Shown here in pieces: positions 40,669-50,253 of a stretch of DNA of 64,000 nt. The stretch comes from Trueperaceae bacterium (lineage in GTDB: Bacteria > Deinococcota > Deinococci > Deinococcales > Trueperaceae). A program made the translations under genes and the position numbers. The DNA is taken from positions 9,620 to 73,619 of the forward strand of contig DASSXV010000021.1 in the NCBI GenBank assembly GCA_035703635.1. The letters are read 5' to 3'. Numbering within the stretch: position 1 is the first letter of the stretch; each line of letters opens with the position of its first letter. Under the pieces are notes generated by a model. It saw nothing but the letters and a program-made list of their open reading frames with translations, was not told the DNA's origin and did no database searches.

Positions 40669-41154
40669 ATGAAACGCCTGTCCTATGCGATCTTCGCAGC
40701 CGTTCTCCTGACGGTGGGGTTCACGGCTGCTGCCGCGGGTCCGCTGTACTACTTGAACGTCGACCTCGTCCGTGGCGCAGAAGGGGCTCCACAGGGCGCG
40801 GTGTGCGTTCCTAACAGCGTGTTCTTGCCTGGCGAGTCCATGGTGTGGCGCGCCAAGGTCTACGACAGCGCCACCGGCGCCGAACTGACGGCCGCACAGA
40901 TCGAAGAGTTGGGGATCTCCATAGCCATCAGCATCAGCGACGGTCAGAACCTAGACCTCCACTACGCTGGCCACCCGCCCGGCGCGAACCTCGACTACTA
41001 CTTCACGAACCACCTCATCATCCCGGACGACGAACCCGCCGGCACGCTGACGTGGACTGCTACCGCGAAAGACTCGAAGGGTAACAGCGCGACCTTCGAG
41101 CCCGTCGGGCAGAAGGCCGGCCTAGGCCTGCTCACCATCGCGAGCAAAGACTAA
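40669..41154 (+). CDS. Secreted hypothetical protein
   Basis: Signal peptide MKRLSYAIFAAVLL...AAAA; GAGGAG SD; beta-rich. Confidence 0.85.
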   Translation: MKRLSYAIFAAVLLTVGFTAAAAGPLYYLNVDLVRGAEGAPQGAVCVPNSVFLPGESMVWRAKVYDSATGAELTAAQIEELGISIAISISDGQNLDLHYAGHPPGANLDYYFTNHLIIPDDEPAGTLTWTATAKDSKGNSATFEPVGQKAGLGLLTIASKD

Positions 41155-41206
41155 ACGCAACCCGGAAGTCGTCGGCGCGCAGCGTTCCTAGCGTGCCGTT
41201 AACCGC

Positions 41207-41243
41207 AAAGCGGCAGCCCGCGCGAGACTCGAGCTGCCGCTTT
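41207..41243 (+). terminator. Intergenic hairpin, possibly a terminator or mRNA stabiliser
   Basis: 11-bp stem AAAGCGGCAGC/GCTGCCGCTTT. Confidence 0.55.
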
Positions 41244-41287
41244 CACCTGGCTAATCTTCACGTCTACCCTTTGAGGGGGGAACACCG

Positions 41288-42700
41288 ATGAAGCGATCCC
41301 TGATTCTCGCGTTTTCTCTGTGGCTCGTCGCCACGTTGGGCTTCGGCGTTGCAGAGGGGGTCTTGACTTTCTCCCCGAACAGCGGCCCCGTTGGCACCGC
41401 CGTGGCAGCGACCGCGAGCGGCCTACCGGCCAACGCCACCCTCGACTTCGTGTGGGCGACGGCTGACGCGCGCTGGCTGGTGGAGGACGGGCACTTCTAT
41501 GGGCAAGATGCGGACGCGGCCCAAGCCGTGCTGCTCAGCGTCATGACGGACAAGGACGGCAAGGCGTCATTCACTTTCACCGTGCCGACCGACTTCGGTT
41601 ACGTTCACAACACCACGCTCGTGCAAGGTGAAGAGGTGGTTGCCAGGCAAGGCTTCACGCTGACGCCAGAACTGACCCTCTCACCGACCTCGGGGCCGTT
41701 GGGCACCCCGATCACCGTCACGGTCACGGGCCTAGGCTTCAACTTCTACCAATCCGGCTGGCACCTCATGTACGACAACGCGCAGACCGGTTGGGTTACG
41801 GGCATCACCACGCAGGGCAGCGCGACTTTCACCATCCCGGCGACCGGCAACGAGGGCCCGCACCTGCTCCAACTCCTGACTGGACCGCGGCGGCCGTACC
41901 TCAACATCGAACAGTCGCCGAACTACCAGCCTGCGATGGCCTATCACGAGCACGCCACCTTCACCATCACGCCTGGGCAAGCGGTCACGCCACCGGACGC
42001 TGCGGACCAGACCTTGCCACGCGTCAAGGGTCAGCAAGCGCTCGGCTCCGACCCGGCGATCGCCGTCGACTTCGCGTCCGGCATCGTCGGCAGCCCGATA
42101 CGCCTGATGGGCGTCAACTACCCGGCTGAAACGACTGTCGAGCTGAGTTACAGCTCCGTGCGCGGCAACCGCATCAGCGGCGGCGGCTGGCAGACGGTCG
42201 ACGTGCCGTGGGGCAGCGTTAAGACCGACGCGGCCGGCGGCTTCGACGTGACGTGGCCGACGCCAGACGACCTCGCGGGTGCTCGCACCATCACCGCCGT
42301 GGCCGGCGGAACGAGCGCCACCGTCGACTACACCATCACGCCAAACGTCGAAGCGCTGACCCCGTCCCAGGTCGCTCCGGGCGCAACCTTCCAGCTCACG
42401 CTCAAAGGCACGGGCTGGAGCGATACAGGCAACATCTACACGGTCGTCATCGACAACAGCTACTTCGGTTACGCCTGTGGCTTCAACACCAACGGCACCA
42501 TCGTCATCAACTTCACGGCGCCACTCGAGCCGGGCTGGCACTACCTGGATCTCTACCCGTCCATCTACCAAGGGACGAGTGACGTGCCCACCACCACGAC
42601 CTCCAACGACCACTTCCAACTGCCCATGCTCAACGCCATCGATCACCCTGGCGAGGAGCTGCCTGCGTTCCACCTGGCGTTCGAGGTGGTGGGCGAGTAG
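41288..42700 (+). CDS. Secreted protein with four Ig/IPT-like domains
   Basis: Signal peptide; repeats FSPNSGPVGT, LSPTSGPLGT, ASGIVGS, LTPSQVAPG. Confidence 0.85.
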   Translation: MKRSLILAFSLWLVATLGFGVAEGVLTFSPNSGPVGTAVAATASGLPANATLDFVWATADARWLVEDGHFYGQDADAAQAVLLSVMTDKDGKASFTFTVPTDFGYVHNTTLVQGEEVVARQGFTLTPELTLSPTSGPLGTPITVTVTGLGFNFYQSGWHLMYDNAQTGWVTGITTQGSATFTIPATGNEGPHLLQLLTGPRRPYLNIEQSPNYQPAMAYHEHATFTITPGQAVTPPDAADQTLPRVKGQQALGSDPAIAVDFASGIVGSPIRLMGVNYPAETTVELSYSSVRGNRISGGGWQTVDVPWGSVKTDAAGGFDVTWPTPDDLAGARTITAVAGGTSATVDYTITPNVEALTPSQVAPGATFQLTLKGTGWSDTGNIYTVVIDNSYFGYACGFNTNGTIVINFTAPLEPGWHYLDLYPSIYQGTSDVPTTTTSNDHFQLPMLNAIDHPGEELPAFHLAFEVVGE

Positions 42701-42864
42701 GTCCTCTAGTCCTCCAGAAGAGGCGGCCCGCTCGCGGGGGGTGTACGTCGCCTTTCGGCGCCCCCAAGCGCGAGCGGTAGACTGGTGCAGTACGCCGGTT
42801 CGCCGGCCGTTCAACGCCATAACGCGCGGCGCCAGCTCGCTTGGGCGCCACCCTGGAGGAAGCA

Positions 42865-44259
42865 ATGGACTTCGACCTCATCGTCATCGGTTCCGGGCCA
42901 GGCGGCTACCACGCCGCCATCCGGGCCTCGCAGTTGGGCCTGAAGGTCGCATGCGTCGAGAAGGGCGCCGTCGGCGGCGTGTGCCTCAACATCGGCTGCA
43001 TTCCCACCAAGGCGCTGCTGCACGTTGGTTCCGAGTTGCGCAACGCCAAGGACGCGGCAGCGTTCGGCATCGACTTCGGCACGCCGAAAGTCGACCTGCA
43101 GGCGGTAGACAAGTGGAAGCTCGACGTCGTCAAGAAGCAAACCTCTGGCGTTGGCATGCTGTTCAAGGGCAACAAGGTCACGCTCCTCGAAGGCGAGGCG
43201 CGCTTCACGGGGCCGAACACCGTAGAGGTGGCGGGTAAGCCGTACTCCGCACCGAAGTTCATCGTGGCGACCGGTTCGCGGCCAGCCGCCATACCCGGCT
43301 TCGAGCTTGACGGCGAGCGCATCGTCGACTCGACAGGCGCCCTCAACATCGGCAAGACCGTGCCTGCGCGCATGGTCGTGATCGGGGCGGGCGCCATCGG
43401 GCTGGAGTTCGCGGACGTCTACTCCTCGCTTGGCAGCGAGGTGACGGTGGTCGAGATGCTCCCCAACATCGCAGGCGCGGCAGACATAGACGCGAGCAAG
43501 GAACTACGCAAGGCGCTCGAGAAGCGCGGCATCCGCATCCTCACCTCTACCAAGGTCCTAGGGCAGAAGGAAACGAAGAAGGGCACCGAGGTCACGGTGC
43601 AAGGAGAGGACGGCAAGGAAGAGGTCATCTTGGCCGACCGCGTGCTGGTGGCCGTCGGGCGCCGCCCTAACGGCGCCAACCTCGGGCTGGAGAACGCCGG
43701 CGTCAAGGTCGACGAGCGCGGCTTCGTTACGGTCGTCAACGACCACATGCAGACGAGCGCAGCGCACGTTTACGCCATCGGCGACGTGGCGCGCGCGCCG
43801 CTGCTCGCCCACAAGGCCATGAAGGAAGGCGTCGTCGCCGCCGAGCACGCGGCCGGTCAGCCGACGGCCTACGACACGGTCGTGCCGAGCGTCATCTACA
43901 CGTCCCCGGAGCTAGCTAGCGTCGGCATGACGGAGGAAGAGGCGACCAAGGCGGGCTTCGAGGTCCGCATCGGGCGCTTCCCCCTGGCTGCCTCCGGGCG
44001 CGCCTCCACCCTCGGCGTCAACAGCGGCCTGATCAAGCTCATCGGCGACGCCGCGACGGACATGCTCCTCGGCTTCCACATGGTCGGCCCGAACGCGGGC
44101 GACATCGTCTCGGAGGCCGCCCTCGCCATCGAGATGGGCGCGACGCTCGAGGACATCGCCCTCACGCAGCACCCGCACCCCACAATCTCGGAGGGAGTCA
44201 TGGAGGCCGCGGAGCACGCGCACGGCAAGGCCATCCACATCGCCAACCGGCGGCGTTAG
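42865..44259 (+). CDS. lpdA: Dihydrolipoyl dehydrogenase
   Basis: GSGPGG; GGVCLNIGCIPTK; GAGAIG; HPHPTISE; GGAGG SD. Confidence 0.96.
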   Translation: MDFDLIVIGSGPGGYHAAIRASQLGLKVACVEKGAVGGVCLNIGCIPTKALLHVGSELRNAKDAAAFGIDFGTPKVDLQAVDKWKLDVVKKQTSGVGMLFKGNKVTLLEGEARFTGPNTVEVAGKPYSAPKFIVATGSRPAAIPGFELDGERIVDSTGALNIGKTVPARMVVIGAGAIGLEFADVYSSLGSEVTVVEMLPNIAGAADIDASKELRKALEKRGIRILTSTKVLGQKETKKGTEVTVQGEDGKEEVILADRVLVAVGRRPNGANLGLENAGVKVDERGFVTVVNDHMQTSAAHVYAIGDVARAPLLAHKAMKEGVVAAEHAAGQPTAYDTVVPSVIYTSPELASVGMTEEEATKAGFEVRIGRFPLAASGRASTLGVNSGLIKLIGDAATDMLLGFHMVGPNAGDIVSEAALAIEMGATLEDIALTQHPHPTISEGVMEAAEHAHGKAIHIANRRR

Positions 44260-44300
44260 GCGGCGGCGCGCTCAGCAGTTCCGCACCTAGCCGAACAGAC

Positions 44301-44336
44301 GTTGCGGCCCCCGCGAAGGTTCGCGGGGGCCGCAAC
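44301..44336. terminator. Perfect hairpin between convergent lpdA and argJ
   Basis: 17-bp inverted repeat GTTGCGGCCCCCGCGAA/TTCGCGGGGGCCGCAAC. Confidence 0.7.
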
Positions 44337-44355
44337 TCCAGCTAGTAGCAGCGGT

Positions 44356-45504
44356 TCAGGTCGTGTAGTCAGCGTTGATCCTGACGTAACCCTCCGAGAG
44401 GTCGCAACCCCAAGCCTCGCCCTGGGCGCTGCCAACGCCGAGGTCGGCCTCGAGCAGCACGTCATCTGAGCGCAGGGCGTCGGAGACCACTTTCGCGTCG
44501 AACGGCTGCGGCTCGCCGTAGTAGAGCTCGAAACCCTGGGCGAGCACGCGCACGTGCGCTTCGTTGAGGGCGACGTTGGCGCGGCCGACGGCGGCCAAGA
44601 TGCGGCCCCAGTTCGGGTCCGAGCCGTGCACTGCAGCCTTGACCAGGTTGCTGCCGGCAACCGTGCGCGCCGCGCGCCGCGCCTCGACTTCATCCTTGGC
44701 GCCAGTCACGCGCACCGTGATGAGTTTGGTGGCGCCCTCGCCGTCGCGCGCCACTTGCTTGGCTAGCGAGGAGGCAACCTCGAGCAGCGCAGCCTCCAAC
44801 TCCTTGAGGTCAGCCGCCACCAGCCCAGACGAGAACACGATGGCCATGTCGTTCGTGCTCGTGTCGCCGTCGACCGTCACTTGGTTGAACGAGCGGTCGA
44901 CCACTCTGCTCCACATGGCCCTGAGCGCGTCCTGGTCGACCTTGGCGTCCGTCATCACGAACGTCAGCAAGGTCGCCATGTTCGGGTGGATCATGCCAGA
45001 GCCCTTGGCGACGCCAAGCACGCGCGCACCGCCAGCCAGGTCCCGCACGGCCTCCTTGGCGACCAAGTCGGTGGTGAGGATGGCGCGGGCGAGGCCCTCG
45101 CTGTCGTCGCCGCGCGCCGCGGCAGCTTGGGGAAGGCCAGTCACGAGCTTGTCTATCGGCATGGCGTGTCCGATCACACCGGTGCTGGCGCTCAGCACTT
45201 CGTCCGCGCCACTCAACCCCAGCGCCTCCGCTGCAGCGCTCGCGAGCCTGAGGTCGTCGATCTCTCCGCGCTCGCCGTTCGCGCAGTTGGCGTTGCCGCT
45301 GTTGATCACCAGCGCCCTAACGGGCTTACCGCTGGCGGCGAGGGACCTGTCGCGCACCACGCACGGGGCGACGACCGCGTTGGTGGTGGCGCTATACGCC
45401 CACACGAGCGGCGCGGCCGAGTAGATGATGCCGAGGTCTGGCCGCCCAGAGCGCTTGACGCCAACCGTGATGCCAGCCACTTCGAACCCTTTTGGAACCT
45501 TCAC
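44356..45504 (-). CDS. argJ: Ornithine acetyltransferase / N-acetylglutamate synthase
   Basis: NSGNAN; STGVIG; KGSGMIHPNMAT; DGDTSTND; DGEGATK; INADYTT. Confidence 0.96.
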   Translation of the reverse strand: MKVPKGFEVAGITVGVKRSGRPDLGIIYSAAPLVWAYSATTNAVVAPCVVRDRSLAASGKPVRALVINSGNANCANGERGEIDDLRLASAAAEALGLSGADEVLSASTGVIGHAMPIDKLVTGLPQAAAARGDDSEGLARAILTTDLVAKEAVRDLAGGARVLGVAKGSGMIHPNMATLLTFVMTDAKVDQDALRAMWSRVVDRSFNQVTVDGDTSTNDMAIVFSSGLVAADLKELEAALLEVASSLAKQVARDGEGATKLITVRVTGAKDEVEARRAARTVAGSNLVKAAVHGSDPNWGRILAAVGRANVALNEAHVRVLAQGFELYYGEPQPFDAKVVSDALRSDDVLLEADLGVGSAQGEAWGCDLSEGYVRINADYTT

Positions 45505-45532
45505 TGCCGTCCTCCTGGGACCACGTTCAACT

Positions 45533-46645
45533 TCACGGCCACACCCCCGTGAGAGAGAGGGCCGTCGTCTCCTCGAACCCGAACGCCACGTTGAAGCCTT
45601 GGACTGCCTGACCTGACGCGCCCTTGCCGAGGTTGTCGATGGCGCAGAACACCAACACTTGCCCGGTGCGCTCGTCGTAATGAGCGCTGAGCAGCGCGCG
45701 GTCCGACCCGCTAACGGCTTTCGTCTCAGGCAGAGCAGTACCGACGCCGATCAGCGGATCGCCTGCGTAGTAGTCGTTCAGAAGCCCTACGACCGCCGCG
45801 CTCGAGGGCGTCAGTCCACCCCAGGTGGCGGGCCTGGTCGCCAGGGTGGCGACGATGCCGCGGCTCATCGGCACGATGTGCGGCGTGAAAGCCACGGGTA
45901 CGGGCTCGTACGGCGCCTGCGTGAGGAGCTCCTTGCCGTTGCCGCGCGCCGCTGCCGCTCGCGCGCGGCCGCCAACGGCCTCGATCTCCGCCGTGTGGCG
46001 GTGGGTGCCAGCTGGCTTGTACGGGCGGGCGTTCTCGTTCATCTCGCTGTAGTGCATGGCCTGCGAGGTGCCGCGCCCTGCGCCTGACACGCCCGTCAAG
46101 ACGTTCACGATGACGGCGTCGCCGATCAAGCCAGCCGCCGCTAGCGGCGCCAAGGCGAGCGAGGCGGCCGTCGCGTTGCAGCCGGGGCTCGCGACTATGC
46201 GCGCCCCTGGCAGCTCATTGCGGTGAAGCTCTACCATGCCGTAAACGGCGTCTGCCAGCAGCTCTGGGTGCGGGTGAGGCGCGCCGTACCACTGCTCGTA
46301 CTCGCGGGCGTCAAGGCGGAAGTCGGCCGACATGTCGATCACGCGCTTGCCCTCAGCCACGGCCTGCGCAACGAGCGGCGCGGTGGCGCCGTGAGGCGTG
46401 GCGCAGAACACGACGTCGGAGGCGGCTATGACATCGTCTGAACTCGCGAAACGCAGGGGGATGTCTAGCCCAGCGAGGTGAGGCCAACTGGCGGACAGCG
46501 GCTGCCCGAGGTAGGCACGCGAGCCAATGGCGGCGAGCCGCACGTGCGGGTGACGCACCAAGCGCTCTATGAGGCCGGCGCCGCCGTAACCGCTCGCGCC
46601 AAGCACGCCAACGCGCAACCCCGAAGCGCTGCTACTTCCGGTCAT
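45533..46645 (-). CDS. argC: N-acetyl-gamma-glutamyl-phosphate reductase
   Basis: GASGYGG; ATPHG; DMSADFRL; PGC; GVSGAGR; IDNLGKGASGQA. Confidence 0.93.
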   Translation of the reverse strand: MTGSSSASGLRVGVLGASGYGGAGLIERLVRHPHVRLAAIGSRAYLGQPLSASWPHLAGLDIPLRFASSDDVIAASDVVFCATPHGATAPLVAQAVAEGKRVIDMSADFRLDAREYEQWYGAPHPHPELLADAVYGMVELHRNELPGARIVASPGCNATAASLALAPLAAAGLIGDAVIVNVLTGVSGAGRGTSQAMHYSEMNENARPYKPAGTHRHTAEIEAVGGRARAAAARGNGKELLTQAPYEPVPVAFTPHIVPMSRGIVATLATRPATWGGLTPSSAAVVGLLNDYYAGDPLIGVGTALPETKAVSGSDRALLSAHYDERTGQVLVFCAIDNLGKGASGQAVQGFNVAFGFEETTALSLTGVWP

Positions 46646-46651
46646 GTGTGC

Positions 46652-47593
46652 TCACGCACCGTTCATGAACTGAAAGATCACGGCCTTGTGTGCGTGCAGA
46701 CGGTTCTCAGCTTGATCGAACACCACGCTGCGCTCGTGGTAAACGGCGTCTTCCGTGCACTCCTCTCCGTAATGGGCTGGCAGGTCGTGCATGAACACCC
46801 CGTGCGCGCTTAGGTCGGCGAACCACTCCGGCGTGATCGTGTAGCCAGCGAAGTCGCGCTTGCGGCGCTCAGTCTCCTCCTCCATGCCCATCGAGATCCA
46901 CACGTCCGTGTAGAGGGCGTCCGCAGCGCGCGTTGCTTCCCGCGGGTCGTGCGAGATGTGGATGACCCCTCCGCGGGCGCGTGCCGCGGCCAGGATCGCG
47001 GCGTCAGGCTCATAGCCGGGCGGGCAGGCGATGGTGAGCTCGACGCCGCCGAGGGTCGCCGCGTTCACGTGCGAGTTGGCGACGTTGTTGCCGTCGCCGA
47101 CGAACGTCAGCTTCAAGCCGTTCAGTTCGCCGAACGTCTCCTTGAGGGTGATGTAGTCGGCGAGGAGTTGGCAGGGGTGCAGGAGGTCGGACAGGCCGTT
47201 GATGACGGGCACCGTGGCGTGCCGCGCGAGCTCGACGAGGGTGTCGTGGCCGTAAGTTCTGGCCATGATGCCGTCGACCCAACGGTCGAGGTTGGAAGCC
47301 ACGTCGCGCACGGTCTCACGCACGCCCCACCCGATGTAGTTCTGGCTGAGGAGGATGGCGTGCCCGCCGAGCTGCGCCATGGCGATGTCGAACGTGGAGC
47401 GCGTCCTTAGCGACTGCTTCTCGAAGATCATGGCGAGCGTCTTGTGCTGCATGAGGGCGGGTCTCACACCGCTCTTCCAGGCCGTCTTGAGTTCGATGGC
47501 GCTGGCGATCAGGCCGCTGAACTCCTCTTGGCTCAAGTCAGCCAGTGAGAGAAAATCCCGGCCTGCAAGACTCGGGAGGTGTGTTGGCTCCAT
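46652..47593 (-). CDS. argF: Ornithine carbamoyltransferase
   Basis: FEKQSLRTR; HPCQ; GDGNNVA; DVWISMG; HDLP; DQAENRLH. Confidence 0.94.
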   Translation of the reverse strand: MEPTHLPSLAGRDFLSLADLSQEEFSGLIASAIELKTAWKSGVRPALMQHKTLAMIFEKQSLRTRSTFDIAMAQLGGHAILLSQNYIGWGVRETVRDVASNLDRWVDGIMARTYGHDTLVELARHATVPVINGLSDLLHPCQLLADYITLKETFGELNGLKLTFVGDGNNVANSHVNAATLGGVELTIACPPGYEPDAAILAAARARGGVIHISHDPREATRAADALYTDVWISMGMEEETERRKRDFAGYTITPEWFADLSAHGVFMHDLPAHYGEECTEDAVYHERSVVFDQAENRLHAHKAVIFQFMNGA

Positions 47594-47731
47594 TCCAGCT
47601 CCAATCCCAACGTCAGGGAAGTCCGCGCCGCGCCCTTAGCGCATGGGCCGAGGTCCCGGCCGTGGCCGGTGGCGGCGAATGCCGAGCAGGATAGCATCCG
47701 TTCGCTACCGGCACTGCGTTCGGAGTGGTGC

Positions 47732-48889
47732 TCAGCCGACGCCGAGGAGCCCTAAGTACCAGGCGATCACGGCGTCACCGAAGAACAGTGCAGCGACGCC
47801 GCCAGCAAGCAGGTAAGGCCCGAACGGGATGACGCGCGACCCGCCAGCCAAGCGCCCCACGACGCCGAAGAGCGCGCCGAGGCAGACGGCGAACAGCACC
47901 GCCACCATCAGCTTCTCCCACCCTAGGATGGCGCCCAGGGCGGCGGCGAGCTTCACGTCGCCGAAGCCCATGGCTACCGGCTCAGGCTTCGTTTCTGCTT
48001 CCTCCGCGAGGCGCGCTGCCTCGGCGGCGGCTGGCCTAATCGCGTCGTGCAGCCACCAGTAAGTGGCGCCGATGAGCGCCCACGCGCCTGCGGCAACCAC
48101 GCTGCCGCCGAGCGCGGTGATGGTCGGCACCGTGAACGAGGTGGTGGACAGCACGAGACCGACGGCCCACAGGCCGTACGCGAGCGCTTCGGGCAAGCGC
48201 ACGCTGCGGCGCGCAGCGAGGTTGACGAGCACGCTGACCGCGCCGGCAGCCAAGCCCCACCACACGCCCGCGAACGCCCCAACGACCGCTGCGAGGTTCA
48301 CCTGGTCGAGGCTGATGGGGAAGAGGCGCTCCTCGGTATCAGCGAAGCGCCGCAGCACCAACGCGCCGATGCGGTTGATGAGCACGAGCACGCCAGCGCC
48401 CGCCAGCGCGCCGGTTAGGGCGGCGAGCGGCGTCGGCAAGTCTGCCGCCTCGCCCGTCACGAATGCCCCCAGCACGCCAAGCGCAACCGCCGGCAGGGTG
48501 AGGGCGTCAGGCAGGATGTAGTGGTCGACGTCGATCAGGGCGGCCATGACGAGCATGGCGAGGACGACCCATAGCGGCAGGAAGGCGAGACCGGTCGTGA
48601 GCGGCGGCCAGCGCAGCGCCACCACCACGAAGAGTGCCGCCATGAGCGCCTCGACGAGCGGGTAGCGCGGCGAGATGCGTGCACCGCAGTGCCTGCAGCG
48701 GCCACGCAGCGCGAGCCACGAGAAGACGGGCACGAGCTCTAGTGGACCGAGGCGGTGCTGACAGTTGGGGCAGTGGCTGCCGGGGAAGGCGATCGACTCG
48801 TTGCGCGGCAGGCGCCAGATGACGACGTTGCCGAACGAACCGATGAGGCTACCGAGGACGCCGGCGAAGACGGCGAACAGCGTCGTCAT
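47732..48889 (-). CDS. pilD: Type IV prepilin peptidase / N-methyltransferase (A24)
   Basis: GSFGNVVIWRLP; SHCPNC...RCRHC; ID..ILPD; MGFGDVKL; IPFGPYL. Confidence 0.92.
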   Translation of the reverse strand: MTTLFAVFAGVLGSLIGSFGNVVIWRLPRNESIAFPGSHCPNCQHRLGPLELVPVFSWLALRGRCRHCGARISPRYPLVEALMAALFVVVALRWPPLTTGLAFLPLWVVLAMLVMAALIDVDHYILPDALTLPAVALGVLGAFVTGEAADLPTPLAALTGALAGAGVLVLINRIGALVLRRFADTEERLFPISLDQVNLAAVVGAFAGVWWGLAAGAVSVLVNLAARRSVRLPEALAYGLWAVGLVLSTTSFTVPTITALGGSVVAAGAWALIGATYWWLHDAIRPAAAEAARLAEEAETKPEPVAMGFGDVKLAAALGAILGWEKLMVAVLFAVCLGALFGVVGRLAGGSRVIPFGPYLLAGGVAALFFGDAVIAWYLGLLGVG

Positions 48890-48990
48890 GTTGGCTGGTG
48901 CAGTGGATGGGGGAGAGTTCGCAGAGGTTCAAGCACAAGTTAAGGCCTCGCAAGGCTTCTCATCATCCCGGTGGTAAGGTGACCTCCGCT

Positions 48991-49491
48991 ATGAGAAGAC
49001 TCACCCTCCTAGGCATACTTGCAGCGGTTGTCATCGCCGTGACCGCGTCGTCCCTAAGCGCCCAGTCGCGCCCAACCAAGCTCGTGTTCGTGGACTCGCA
49101 GGCCGTCTTGCGGGCTCACCCGGCTGGTCAGGCTGTCGAGGCGCTCCGTGCGCAGGCCCAGACCGAGGTCAAGGGCCTGACCGACAGCATCGCTGCGCTC
49201 GAGGCAAAGCTCGGTGCGGGCCAAACGCTGACGCCAGACGAGAGTGAGCGGTACGCGACGCTGCGCACCACGCTGCAGGCGGTGCAGACCCGCTACCTCA
49301 ACGACATCGAGGCGGCCGCGGCTCCGGCGGTGCAGGCCACCAACGTCGCCATCACGGAGCTGGCCAAGGAGAACGGCTACACCGTCGTACTCGACCGGGT
49401 AGAGGCCGCCAACCAGCGCATCGTGGTCTACGCTGACGACGACCTGGACATCACTCAGCTCGTGATCGACCGCGTGACGGCAGGCAACTAA
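48991..49491 (+). CDS. ompH: OmpH/Skp periplasmic chaperone
   Basis: Signal peptide; VFVDSQ; helical body; AKENGYTVVLD...DITQLVI. Confidence 0.85.
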   Translation: MRRLTLLGILAAVVIAVTASSLSAQSRPTKLVFVDSQAVLRAHPAGQAVEALRAQAQTEVKGLTDSIAALEAKLGAGQTLTPDESERYATLRTTLQAVQTRYLNDIEAAAAPAVQATNVAITELAKENGYTVVLDRVEAANQRIVVYADDDLDITQLVIDRVTAGN

Positions 49492-49497
49492 GACCGC

Positions 49498-50241
49498 CTA
49501 ACCCTCGTTCGTTGGCCTAGACCGCCATTCAGCTACCAGAGCGCGTTCCTCATCCGTGAGGGGCGCGCTTTCAAGTAGTTCAGGTCGGCGCTCGAACGTG
49601 CGCCTGAGCGCCTCGCGCCGGCGCCACGAGGCGACCTTCTCGTGATGGCCGGATAGGAGAACGTCGGGTACGACCAGGCCGTCGAAGTAGGGCGGCCTCG
49701 TGTACTCGGGGTAGTCGAGGAGGCCGGAGCTGAACGACTCCTGGCGGTGGCTCTCTGCGTCGCCAAGCACGCCCGGCAGTAGGCGAGCGGTCGCCTCAAG
49801 CAGCACTAGGGCGGGGAGTTCGCCGCCCATGAGCACGTAATCGCCTATCGACACTTGACGGGTGACCAGCTCCTCGACGCGCGCGTCGAACCCCTCGTAG
49901 CGGCCGGAGATGATGGCGACGTGCTGCAAGGAAGCGAAGTGCTCGACAAGAGCCTGCGTTAGCGGCTCGCCTGCCGGTGTGAGGAGGATCGTCTCGTCAG
50001 GCGGCGGCGAGTCCTCCCGCAACTCGGCCACGGCCTTGGCGGCAACGTCGACGCGCATGACCATGCCCGCCCCACCACCGTAAGGCGCGTCGTCCACGCG
50101 GTTGGTGCGGTTGCCCGCGAAGCGGCGCAGGTCACGCAACTCTACGCTCAAGCGGCCGTTGCGGATGGCCTTGCCGAGGAGCGCTTCTTGCAGGTACGGC
50201 TCGATCAGGCTAGCGAAGAGGGTGTAGATGGTGAAGCGCAA
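49498..50241 (-). CDS. trmD: tRNA (guanine-N1)-methyltransferase
   Basis: VDDAPYGGGAGM; GRYEGFDAR; SIGDYVLMGGE; PEYTRP; SGHH. Confidence 0.96.
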   Translation of the reverse strand: MRFTIYTLFASLIEPYLQEALLGKAIRNGRLSVELRDLRRFAGNRTNRVDDAPYGGGAGMVMRVDVAAKAVAELREDSPPPDETILLTPAGEPLTQALVEHFASLQHVAIISGRYEGFDARVEELVTRQVSIGDYVLMGGELPALVLLEATARLLPGVLGDAESHRQESFSSGLLDYPEYTRPPYFDGLVVPDVLLSGHHEKVASWRRREALRRTFERRPELLESAPLTDEERALVAEWRSRPTNEG

Positions 50242-50253
50242 GGCGGCCGCGCT

